From the IMG/VR virus record IMGVR_UViG_3300021961_000040, positions 32,001-96,000 of that record: a stretch of 64,000 nt of DNA. One strand, 5' to 3'. The stretch is from a virus. The notes beneath the pieces are model-generated. The model made no database searches and was not told the origin of the DNA. It worked only from the letters and a program-made list of their open reading frames with translations. The stretch's first letter is position 1, and each line of letters starts with the position of its first letter. Of the stretch, positions 28,837 through 38,189 are shown in pieces. The position numbers were made by a program, and so were the translations under genes.

Positions 28837-29701
28837 ATCGATAATTCTATGGCTGATATTGTTATCCTGCAACCCACAGTCTGCAAGTGAAATAAAAGAA
28901 GTTCCAGGAGTCTTACCTTCGCAAACGCTTTTTGAAGAAGTAAGAATTGATCCAAAAAGATGTTCTTATCAAGACTGTATTTGTACTGTAAGAATTCCTC
29001 CTTATCGACCACAATACGTTGAAAAGACTCGGAGATCTTGGACCAGCGTCTTTTTTCAAGAATCTGAGTACGATCTAGCAGATGGGTACAAGAGTAGAAT
29101 AAATGATTTTATGAGCGCCAGAATGAATGCTGACGCTGTTCTGGTAATAGGATATACAGATGGTTGTGGATCTTATAATTACAATACAGTACTTTCTAAA
29201 AACAGAGCATTAGTAGTTTCTAGATTTATTAGAAGTTTAGGTTTTAGAAATAAAATTGTAACCGCAGGCATGAGTGAGATAACATCAACACACTCAGACC
29301 TTGCGAAGAGAACAGATGTAGTCGCTTCTTTTGACTTTAGAATGGAAGTGCCTCCGCCTAATTTAGTAGCCGATCATTATCTTTTAGATGCTTCAGGGTC
29401 GGTGCAAGATTATTCATTTTGGGTTAATATAATTGCAGCAAATAAAAAACCTGCAAGCAAGCTGCACTTATCTTACACTCTTGCTTGTAGTGACGGTACG
29501 AACGCAAATACAGTTAGTCCTGCAGGCCCAACAGAAATTTGGTGGTCATATTGGCAAGTTCTAGACAAAATGAGCCCAGGACAAACTCTGTTGATATTAT
29601 CTGATTTTAATTCTAGATACAGTCTCACGGCAGCAGAAAGTAGTGCCTTTATGAAAAAAGTACAACAAAAAGGAGTAAGAGTTCATGCAATCAGACTTTA
29701 A
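28823..29701 (+). CDS. OmpA-family lipoprotein with C-terminal VWA-like domain
   Basis: lipobox LLSC; IGYTDGCGSYNYNTVLSKNRA; LLDASGSV...LSDF. Confidence 0.7.
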   Translation: MTRVRSIILWLILLSCNPQSASEIKEVPGVLPSQTLFEEVRIDPKRCSYQDCICTVRIPPYRPQYVEKTRRSWTSVFFQESEYDLADGYKSRINDFMSARMNADAVLVIGYTDGCGSYNYNTVLSKNRALVVSRFIRSLGFRNKIVTAGMSEITSTHSDLAKRTDVVASFDFRMEVPPPNLVADHYLLDASGSVQDYSFWVNIIAANKKPASKLHLSYTLACSDGTNANTVSPAGPTEIWWSYWQVLDKMSPGQTLLILSDFNSRYSLTAAESSAFMKKVQQKGVRVHAIRL

Positions 29702-30515
29702 AACTGTTGAAATTACAGATGTAGAAACTTTACAGGTGCTTTCACATCCAGTTGTTCAAAATGCTTTTCGGAGCGGCGGATGGATAGCGGGAGGTTTTCC
29801 TCGATTGGTTGGACGAACAATTCTAAGACCACATCGTCTTGATAGTATTTCATCTAACAAGTCAAAACTCTTTCAATTTTATTTTCAAAATAGAGGAGAC
29901 ATAGACTTCTTTTTTCGTAATCATGATGATTTTGCAAGTGCTGTGACGAAAGGAGCTTATCATCAGTCTGCTTTTGCACATAACATGTGGCTTCATAATC
30001 GCGAAGGCGTCTTATCACTTAAAGTACAGCTGGTAAATAAATTTTACTATGACACTATTAAACAAACATTCGATTCTTTTGATTTTTTAAATTCTTGTTA
30101 CGCAATTGTACAAATTAATCGAAAATATTATCTCACATACGATGAAGCCGCTAACGATGCAGATATTGCAAAAGAGCTTGTCATTAAACATGCAAATTCT
30201 CCGTATACTCTTCAAAGAATAGTCAAATATCTTAATGACCGAGGACTAGAAAAAGTCTCAAAAAGTTCTTCAAAAAATCTTGAAGAACTTTTGATAAGAT
30301 CTGCTTCTAAAATTTTTGATAAAAAGTATTCTTTTAGTTTAGCTGAACCTTATATTAAAAAGTCAATAGATTTTATTTTCACGTCAGGGTTGGTTAGTCC
30401 TGAAAATGCTATCTACTTTATCGGTAAATATAGTAAAGTCATTAAACAAAAATATGGACCATCAATTATGTCAGACTGGGCTTCAGACATAATTGAAAAG
30501 AGTGCAACTTGCTAA
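29685..30515 (+). CDS. Pol-beta superfamily nucleotidyltransferase
   Basis: WIAGGFPR...GDIDFFF...VQLV...FDF. Confidence 0.65.
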   Translation: MQSDFKTVEITDVETLQVLSHPVVQNAFRSGGWIAGGFPRLVGRTILRPHRLDSISSNKSKLFQFYFQNRGDIDFFFRNHDDFASAVTKGAYHQSAFAHNMWLHNREGVLSLKVQLVNKFYYDTIKQTFDSFDFLNSCYAIVQINRKYYLTYDEAANDADIAKELVIKHANSPYTLQRIVKYLNDRGLEKVSKSSSKNLEELLIRSASKIFDKKYSFSLAEPYIKKSIDFIFTSGLVSPENAIYFIGKYSKVIKQKYGPSIMSDWASDIIEKSATC

Positions 30516-30552
30516 AAAAAGATATATGATATAAATAAAGAAGGAGTATACT

Positions 30553-30918
30553 TTGATTAAAAAGACAAAAGTTTGCATTCATTGTGAAATTGAATTCGAT
30601 CTTAATTCTACTGCAAAGAAGTATGCTGGAGGAAAGATTAATGAATGCCCGGATTGCGTTGAAGAGCTAGGAACAGAAACAGCAGTTAAGTATCTCGGAC
30701 TCCAGGCCGGAGATGGCAAGGCTAATGCATTAAGCATTGTTGCATTCGAGTCAGATGACGACCGTGAAGCCTATTCAAGCGCATGGAAAGCAGTTACGGG
30801 GCATCATAAGGGTAAGTCCTGTCAGCTTGGTGGAGTCCAGACTAATATTGGAAATAGACCGATGCGTCATGTTGCTTATGCCGGCGGAAATGGAAATCAC
30901 AAAGGCAAAGCTGACTAA
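30553..30918 (+). CDS. zinc-ribbon hypothetical protein
   Basis: CIHC...CPDC; AAGGAG SD with TTG start. Confidence 0.55.
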   Translation: MIKKTKVCIHCEIEFDLNSTAKKYAGGKINECPDCVEELGTETAVKYLGLQAGDGKANALSIVAFESDDDREAYSSAWKAVTGHHKGKSCQLGGVQTNIGNRPMRHVAYAGGNGNHKGKAD

Positions 30919-30975
30919 TCAATAAAAAGTCTCCTGATTCTATAATTACTATTAATAGATCAGGTAAAAATAAAA

Positions 30976-31791
30976 ATGAAAAAAATATTTGAAGATTGGA
31001 GAAGCTTTCTTTTAGAAAGAAAAACAGACGTTCTTTATGAAAAGATTGCAGACTATTTTTATAGTTTGTTACAAGAACATGAAAAATACTTTTGGAAATT
31101 TACAGATAATTCTCAAGATTATTTTGAACTTGCTTTGAAAAATCGTGTCATAACTAAAGAAGAATTTGCAAGATACCAAAAATTAACTGGTGATGACACA
31201 GTTATGTCAACATATACAGACTTTTATGTTGCAATGTCTAAGTTTGGAGTAAAAGCAACAAATCAAAACGTTCGTCCAGGAGCAGCAGCTGATATGTCTA
31301 ATAAAGGCAAAATGAGAATCTTTGTTAGTAGTCAGCCAAAAACTGTTTCTTCTTTTGTTCAAAATATACATCCTTTAACTTTTAGACATGAAATAGCGCA
31401 TTGGCTAAATTCAATAAGAAGCGGCTTTAAAAAATATCGTTCTAAAGGTGTTGGAAAAAGTACTTCAAAATCATTTAATCCAAGAGAAGCTTACTATTAC
31501 GCTAATAGCACAGAAGAGATACAAGCAAGAGCTGCAGAAGTTTTTAATATAATTAAAAAAGCAGTTTTTCGTCAAGTACCTGAAAATTCACAATTTCCAG
31601 ACGATCTTATTGCAAAAGATTTTCAAAATTCTTTGCGCGAAAGAAAACCTAAGATGTTTGTCAAGCATGCTATAGAAAATTACGCCTACGATTACTTTTT
31701 CTACCATCTTTTAACAGAAAAAAATAAAAGAAGGCTAATAAAAAGATTTTATGAGATGTATAATCACCTTGTAGAAAAAGAAAATCTATAA
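30976..31791 (+). CDS. HExxH protein with MKKIFEDWRSFLLE leader
   Basis: RHEIAH...YANSTEEIQA. Confidence 0.6.
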   Translation: MKKIFEDWRSFLLERKTDVLYEKIADYFYSLLQEHEKYFWKFTDNSQDYFELALKNRVITKEEFARYQKLTGDDTVMSTYTDFYVAMSKFGVKATNQNVRPGAAADMSNKGKMRIFVSSQPKTVSSFVQNIHPLTFRHEIAHWLNSIRSGFKKYRSKGVGKSTSKSFNPREAYYYANSTEEIQARAAEVFNIIKKAVFRQVPENSQFPDDLIAKDFQNSLRERKPKMFVKHAIENYAYDYFFYHLLTEKNKRRLIKRFYEMYNHLVEKENL

Positions 31792-31803
31792 AGGAAAAAT
31801 CAG

Positions 31804-31995
31804 ATCAAAACTCTTAAAAAAGTTATTTTGTGGAGAATTTTATCAATTGCTTTAACTTATTTTGTAACTTACGCTTATACAGGTGATATAAAGTCTGCAA
31901 CTGGATTCACAGCTATTTTACATTTAGTTTTAATGGCTGCTAATTATATATTCGAGATTTGTTGGGAAAATACTATAGGCTCACAGAAAGAATAG
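31804..31995 (+). CDS. DUF2061-like small membrane protein (no ATG start)
   Basis: KTLKKVILWRILS...TGDIKSA...YIFEICW. Confidence 0.45.
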   Translation: MKTLKKVILWRILSIALTYFVTYAYTGDIKSATGFTAILHLVLMAANYIFEICWENTIGSQKE

Positions 31996-32587
31996 TTTTT
32001 ATGTAAGTTTCATAATCTACAAGATAAAAATCTTCTCCTATTTGCATCCATTCTGGATGCATGATGTGTCCTCTGATGTGTATATGACTCCAACCAAGAG
32101 CATGTCCTAACTCATGCTCTAAAGAAAGTCTTTTTTCTAAAACAAATTCCTTACAAATAACATCAGCATTTAATATTTCATAGGAATCAAATTTTGTGGC
32201 AGTTATAGTAACTGCAATTTTATTTTCTAAAATTTCTGCTTCGTTAGATCTTGGAAGTCTAATTCTAATGCTGTTAAAAAAAGGAGATTGTGCCATACAC
32301 TCTCTAAATAAGTCTCCTTTTCTAACTTCTCCGAATTCATATCCGAGTTTTTCCCAAAACAACAAGACACTTCTTATTTCTTCTGTTGTAGCAATTTCGT
32401 CACAGATAATAATACTAGGATAAGATTGCTTAGGCCAGTAAGCTAATAAATTATTCTTCTTGATAAACTTTGATTCTTCAGTATCAATAATAGAAGTTGG
32501 ATTATTTTTTAACTGATCAAAGTTTTTTTCTTCGAGATTACAACTAGAAATGCAGAATAAAATAATAAAAAATCGTAAAATGTTCAT
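31973..32587 (-). CDS. matrixin-like zinc metalloprotease lipoprotein
   Basis: lipobox ISSC; HELGHALGWSH...HIMHP Met-turn. Confidence 0.78.
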   Translation of the reverse strand: MNILRFFIILFCISSCNLEEKNFDQLKNNPTSIIDTEESKFIKKNNLLAYWPKQSYPSIIICDEIATTEEIRSVLLFWEKLGYEFGEVRKGDLFRECMAQSPFFNSIRIRLPRSNEAEILENKIAVTITATKFDSYEILNADVICKEFVLEKRLSLEHELGHALGWSHIHIRGHIMHPEWMQIGEDFYLVDYETYIKTILSVSL

Positions 32588-32660
32588 GAAATAAATATTT
32601 TAAAATGTTTAAAATTTTGTTTTGTGTTATAATTTTTTGAAGACTAATTTTGGAGAACAA

Positions 32661-33311
32661 ATGAAAAACAAAGTAGAACTAATAGGGTCTTATGGAAGTG
32701 ACCTAACACACGCACTTTCGGCTTGGACCTCGACATCCAGGCAGATCGGACCAAAGAAACTCGCAAGAGTTGGGAAATTGCTCAAAATGCTTGCAACTGA
32801 AGGGCACCACACGCCGTTCGAAAAGTCGTCTCTTCACTTTCTCGTAACGACCGACATCGCTACGCACATCCACCTACTTAAGCACCGCATTGGCGTAAAC
32901 ATCAATGCAGAGTCCGCACGCTACAAAGAGTTTAAGATCGATAAGTATTACTTGCCTGTTGATTGGGACGAAGAAGATCAGGAAGATTTAGAATCGTTTA
33001 TCAAGGACGCTTATGAGCGTTATCACAAGTGTATTACTCGCCTAGAAGAGAAGGGCTATTCGCGAAAGCGTGCGAAGGAAAGTGCACGTCTTTATCTGCC
33101 TTACGGCATTCAGATCACTTGTGACATTATGTTCAACTGGCGCTCTTTCGCTCATTTCCAGAAACTACGAAATGACGAACACGCCCAACTGGAGGTCCGT
33201 GAGGTCGCAGCAGAAATGCTACGACTTGTAGAAGATCAGGGTGATTTCCCTATGACGATTGAGGCTATGACCGCAGCAGGAATGCTTTCAGGCAAGGAGA
33301 AAGAAGAATGA
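32661..33311 (+). CDS. thyX: FAD-dependent thymidylate synthase
   Basis: GHHTPFE, HLLKHRIGVNINAESARY, NWRSFAHF..LR...HAQLEVR. Confidence 0.92.
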   Translation: MKNKVELIGSYGSDLTHALSAWTSTSRQIGPKKLARVGKLLKMLATEGHHTPFEKSSLHFLVTTDIATHIHLLKHRIGVNINAESARYKEFKIDKYYLPVDWDEEDQEDLESFIKDAYERYHKCITRLEEKGYSRKRAKESARLYLPYGIQITCDIMFNWRSFAHFQKLRNDEHAQLEVREVAAEMLRLVEDQGDFPMTIEAMTAAGMLSGKEKEE

Positions 33312-33835
33312 AAATCAAAGAAAATATGGTTAAAACAAAAACTTTGTATTTTACATCTATGTGGGGGACAGGCGAAAATAAAAATGCTTACATTACTCTT
33401 ACAGAATGGATCAATGGTGAAGGATACGATGTGTCATTGTGTCACTGTGGTAATGAAAAGAACTTTTCTCTAACATGTGAAGAGTTCGACGCGATTATTG
33501 CTCTTTTTCATGCTTTTAATTTAAATATTGCTTCTTAGGACAAAAAAATGAGATATAATCAACACTTTCCTGTTGCTATTGCTTTAACTAAAAGCCATGG
33601 GTGGCAGGCAGTCTATGAGGAGTCACAGTGTAGAGGCGTCGCTTTCGATACAGTTTTCTGGCTAAGACAGCCCTCTGAAGAGTTAGGTCTAATGATAGAC
33701 ACATGTTTAGGACCTAATTCTGATTGCATTCAGATGCCGAATTTACTTGTGCCTGAGATATTTAGGATGTTAAAAAAAATAGACTTAGACTTTGATTTTA
33801 CCAAGATTAATTGATCTTATGCAAGGAGAAGAAAA

Positions 33836-34174
33836 ATGAACGAAAAAAGAAAAGAACCTAGATTTTTGATAGATGTTCCTATCAAGTGGAAAAACTCTAA
33901 TCGAATTATTGAATCTGTTACAAAAGATATCTCCTATTCAGGAGTTTTTGTTGAAACTCTCGCTCCTTGCGAAGTGGGAGAAAGAATCAATATTTCAATT
34001 CCTGTTGTAAACGGAAGCATTGAAATGGAAGGTGAAGTACGCTGGATTCGCGTAGGTGATGATGGATATCCTGAAGGAATGGGTGTCTACTTTTTAAGAG
34101 ATCTGACTTCTGCCGAGAAAAGTTTAATGAGGATTATGCTTATTGGAAGCAAAACTGAGACCCTAATTGGCTGA
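33836..34174 (+). CDS. PilZ-domain protein
   Basis: KRKEPRF and DISYSG motifs, GEVRW, GMGVYF. Confidence 0.85.
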   Translation: MNEKRKEPRFLIDVPIKWKNSNRIIESVTKDISYSGVFVETLAPCEVGERINISIPVVNGSIEMEGEVRWIRVGDDGYPEGMGVYFLRDLTSAEKSLMRIMLIGSKTETLIG

Positions 34175-34539
34175 TGTTAAGCCAATTTGCAATAGGCTTG
34201 GCTATCCTAATTGATCAGCAGCCATCGTGGTCTATTGAGGTGCCTTGGTATTTCCATAAACTTGCTCGTCAAGAGTGTTATGACTATCAGCATTATGACA
34301 TAGAGAAAGTAAAAATTAGAAAAACGAATGTTGAGAATATTCACTTTACGTACTTTTATTCTAAATTGCTGTATGTCAACATACCTAGTACTCAAACAGA
34401 TCCTGTTTCCGCAGTTTGGTTCAAAATTCAAAAAAAAAGAAAAGCAAAATTGAGACTAGAAATACAAACAGAACAGGTATTAGTCACGGGTGATGGTAAA
34501 AAAATATGTTTAAAAACAAGAAGGCCGAAGAATGAATAG
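34174..34539 (+). CDS. hypothetical protein
   Basis: TGATG coupling to PilZ gene. Confidence 0.5.
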   Translation: MLSQFAIGLAILIDQQPSWSIEVPWYFHKLARQECYDYQHYDIEKVKIRKTNVENIHFTYFYSKLLYVNIPSTQTDPVSAVWFKIQKKRKAKLRLEIQTEQVLVTGDGKKICLKTRRPKNE

Positions 34540-34880
34540 AAAACAAAGAAGAGCAATGAAGAAGCAATACGGTGCAAAAGCCGTTGAAAAAATGCAAGAT
34601 CTTGAAGAAGCAATATCGAACATGTCTAACATATGCACAGTCTGTGAAGCTGCTTTCGACAAAAATGACAAGTCTTTGCTTGATTCTTGGCGAGTTACAA
34701 TTGATGAATCAGGTTTTAGACTATTGTGTCCGAGCTGCACCAATTAAAATGACAGTTGGCACAGAAGCTGTTTTTATTTTTTATGCTGTATTTTTCTGTG
34801 TCTTGCAATGCTCTATTTTTTAAGTAAGACTTGTTAAAGATAATATGCTTTTAAAGAAATAATTACTCTAAAGAGGAAAA

Positions 34881-36449
34881 ATGAATTTAAAAGACTTAGT
34901 TTTGGAATGGAAAAATTATATTCGTAAGCCTGTTATTCTTGCAGAAGGCGGTAACGCAACTGCCCTTATTCATGATGCCGAAGGTAAAGCGTCCCCTGTT
35001 ATTTGGGATGGAAATATAGCGCAAGCTAAACCTATTGTTTTTGATGAAAAAGTTTCTAGATCTGATTTTGTAAGAGATGTTAGAAATATGATTAGAAAAA
35101 TTGATGATATTCACCGTCGAGCTTTTGGAGTGGGTTTATACAGTAAAGGCACAAGAGATGCTATGCTTGAGTCTGGATACACATTTATGGGCTCATCGGA
35201 ATTTCTGTTTGCACCTATTTCTAAAATTGATGATAACGAATATACAAAGTATAAAAAGAAAACCGGAGACATAGACTTACTTGTTTCAAAAGAAAGAATT
35301 AAGACACTTTTTCAACTTTTAAACGAGCTTCGAGAAAGAAAGTTAACTGAAACAATTACTTTTGTTGGACATAACAAGCTGTCTGAAGCGCAAATAAGAG
35401 AAGAACAGATCAATGGTATTTTTGAATACAAGAGAAGTGGTAGATCGTTCCTTTTTCAAGTAGATTTTGTATTTGTACCCTTTGATGAAGAAGGTATGCC
35501 TTATCCAGAAGAAAAATTTTTAAGAGGTAGTACATGGGAGGATATAAAGGTAGGAATAAAAGGAATTGGTCACAAGCTTCTACTTCAGTCGTTAGGATCT
35601 AAGATTAGAACTATTCCTTATGGTTCTGCCTTGTTGGCAACAGATTCAAGCAAACCTGAAAAAATTAGACTTAAAACTTTACTCCCTAAAATTGATAATA
35701 TTAGAATAGGTCTTGCTGGAATTACACCACTTGACTTAGACGCTTTAACATCTATTGTCAATATTAAAAAAATACCCAAATCTTTTATGAGCAAAGTGTC
35801 TAATGAAGAAATTAAAAGATTTTTAGAAAGTCTTGATGAAAAAAGAATCAGAATGTTAAACGACATTATAAACAAAGAGGGTTTAGCACAAAATCAAACA
35901 ATTGAGCTTTTAGTTACTTTTATTGTTCATTCTCCGACAGTTTCTGATTTTGAGCTTGATAGTTACTTTGATTCATTTTCTAGTTTAATGTCTTTTTCGA
36001 TGGGTCGTGGTCTTTCTTCTAAATATAAAAAAGAACCATATCAGGTCGCCGGCAAAGATGTTTATCGCTATCTTAAATTTGAAGAGCGAGAAGAAAAATT
36101 TAGAAAAGCAGAAGATATTTTTGAAGCAATTTTTGGTAACAGAGCTACTGTAGAAGACGTTAGAGATATTGCTTCTTTTTTAGGCTTGCTAAGAATTATT
36201 AATCGCTATCTTTCTCCTGAAAAGAAAATTGCTGCATATGACGGTTTATTTTTCTATTTTTATGAATCTACAAACTTTATGTCTGCACATGATATACAAG
36301 ATGACTTGATTCCTAAAGTAAAGATTATGGAGGCTTTTGAAAATATTGTACCCGAAGTTAGGCAATCTAAAAAGTATCAAAACAAAGAAGAGTATTTATC
36401 TATTTGGATAGACACTTATAACGCAAGACTAGAAAAAGATAGAGTGTAA
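34881..36449 (+). CDS. large nucleotidyltransferase-like protein with leader
   Basis: leader ending LAE-GGNA; MGSS...GDIDLLV...FQVDF. Confidence 0.55.
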   Translation: MNLKDLVLEWKNYIRKPVILAEGGNATALIHDAEGKASPVIWDGNIAQAKPIVFDEKVSRSDFVRDVRNMIRKIDDIHRRAFGVGLYSKGTRDAMLESGYTFMGSSEFLFAPISKIDDNEYTKYKKKTGDIDLLVSKERIKTLFQLLNELRERKLTETITFVGHNKLSEAQIREEQINGIFEYKRSGRSFLFQVDFVFVPFDEEGMPYPEEKFLRGSTWEDIKVGIKGIGHKLLLQSLGSKIRTIPYGSALLATDSSKPEKIRLKTLLPKIDNIRIGLAGITPLDLDALTSIVNIKKIPKSFMSKVSNEEIKRFLESLDEKRIRMLNDIINKEGLAQNQTIELLVTFIVHSPTVSDFELDSYFDSFSSLMSFSMGRGLSSKYKKEPYQVAGKDVYRYLKFEEREEKFRKAEDIFEAIFGNRATVEDVRDIASFLGLLRIINRYLSPEKKIAAYDGLFFYFYESTNFMSAHDIQDDLIPKVKIMEAFENIVPEVRQSKKYQNKEEYLSIWIDTYNARLEKDRV

Positions 36450-36491
36450 AGTTTATAAACTCCTACTATGATAAAAGTAGGAGAACAAGCA

Positions 36492-37058
36492 ATGCTGGCA
36501 AAATCTAATAATAAAAAGATTGTTCAGAAAAACTTTTTTGCACACAGAAAAAAGACTCGAAAGCAGCGATATGCAGAAAAAATGAATTCTGCACAGTTTT
36601 TGCCTATTTCTATTGGATGTGTTAATTTTATGCATGACGGAAATCTTGCTTTCTTAATTAGATCGGCTGTTTGTTTTGGTGTAAAAGATATCCATGTAAT
36701 TGGATCAATACCTGCAAGATCAGAGCTTAGGCGCTTGTCAGGTTCTACGTGCGATTTTATCAATCTCATTCAACACAGTTCACCTGGAAGCTTTAATCGA
36801 TGGACAGAAGAAAACTCAGTTCAAGTTGTAGCTGCTGAACTTTGTGACAAATCAAAAAAGCTAAGAAATTATCGTTTTAATTTTGACAAAGAAGTCTGTA
36901 TTTTTACTGGGCATGAGACATACGGCGTGCCAGTTGATGTGACTCAAATTGCTGATTGTGTTGAGATCGACATGCCAGGTCCAGGTTTTTGCCTAAATAC
37001 TGCGCAAGCAGCTAATATTGTGCTTTACGAAGCATCAAAACAATATCTGGAGAGATAA
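36492..37058 (+). CDS. SpoU/TrmH family RNA 2'-O-methyltransferase
   Basis: DGNLAFLIRSAVCFG, GHETYGV, IDMPG..CLNTAQAANIVLYE. Confidence 0.88.
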   Translation: MLAKSNNKKIVQKNFFAHRKKTRKQRYAEKMNSAQFLPISIGCVNFMHDGNLAFLIRSAVCFGVKDIHVIGSIPARSELRRLSGSTCDFINLIQHSSPGSFNRWTEENSVQVVAAELCDKSKKLRNYRFNFDKEVCIFTGHETYGVPVDVTQIADCVEIDMPGPGFCLNTAQAANIVLYEASKQYLER

Positions 37059-37294
37059 ATGAAAAAAGAAGCTGTTAATCATCCTAGTCACTACGGTGGT
37101 GAAAAAAACCCATATGAAGCAATTAAAGTAATTGAAGCATGGGATTTAAACTTTAGCTTAGGAATGTTTTAAAATATATGAGTCGAGCTGGTAAAAAGTC
37201 TGATAACATACTAGAAGATCTTAAAAAAGCTGCTTGGTATCTTAATAGAGAGATTAAAAGAATTGAAGACGCATCAAAGTATGATTTCAAGTAG
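37059..37294 (+). pseudogene. DUF3310 family protein, frameshifted near 37163
   Basis: VNHPSHY..EAIKVI..FSLG | NVLKYMSRAGKK..EDLKKAAWYL in the -1 frame. Confidence 0.75.
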
Positions 37295-38189
37295 ATTTGT
37301 ATCTGACCATCTTAGAGATAAAGAAAAATGACAAAACCAGAAATTGCCAGACTGCTTGCAATGATTGCGCACGAAGATGGTGACCAAGATACTTTTAATT
37401 TTGTTTTAGATAGAATCTTTGGTGCAATTCAAGGTAAGGGTGTAAACAAGTGGTATAAAAGTTCTCGTTATACAGGTTATACAGAACAAGAATGAACCAT
37501 TATTTCTATTGTCTAAAATGTAATTCCAAAACTTACTATCGGTATGTAAATGGGTTTTATCCACAACCGGGTTGTCTAAAATGCAATATTTGGTTTGAGA
37601 AACCAGAACCAAGGAGCAAATAATGAATCTAATTCCACCCACACAGTGGGACTCTTACTTTGACCTTTTTGGGTCAGGACGAGTTTATTTTGCAAGAGCC
37701 ACATTTGGCAAAGGACAAAGAGTTGGAACAGCCCCTATTGTTGCCATGTTTCAGGGGTTAGAGCCTTATTATCCAACAGAGCCTTTTATCGTGACTTCAC
37801 GAGACTCTATGTTAAAAATCAATAAAGAAATGGAAGGCAATAGAAATATTCCCGACTGGCTTCGTGCTGATTGTTTTGAATATTTTTGGAGGAAGAGAAA
37901 TGAGATGTTACTACTGCGATGACGGTGTTCTACAAATAACCGCTCTAACACCCCCAGACGAAGGGTGGGCTGTTGATTGTAACAAATGTGATTATTCCAC
38001 TCGGAAGCCAACAGCAGACCAAATGATTATAGAACAACCAATGACTGCGCCAACAAGCATCAAATGGAAAGTTAAATGGATACCTAAAAGAGAAAGTTCT
38101 TATCAAGGATTATCTGAACACTCGCTTGACTGTCTATGGCATCGCGATTGGCACGCTTGCAATTGTGGTTTCTTTGATGGAGAAGAAGA

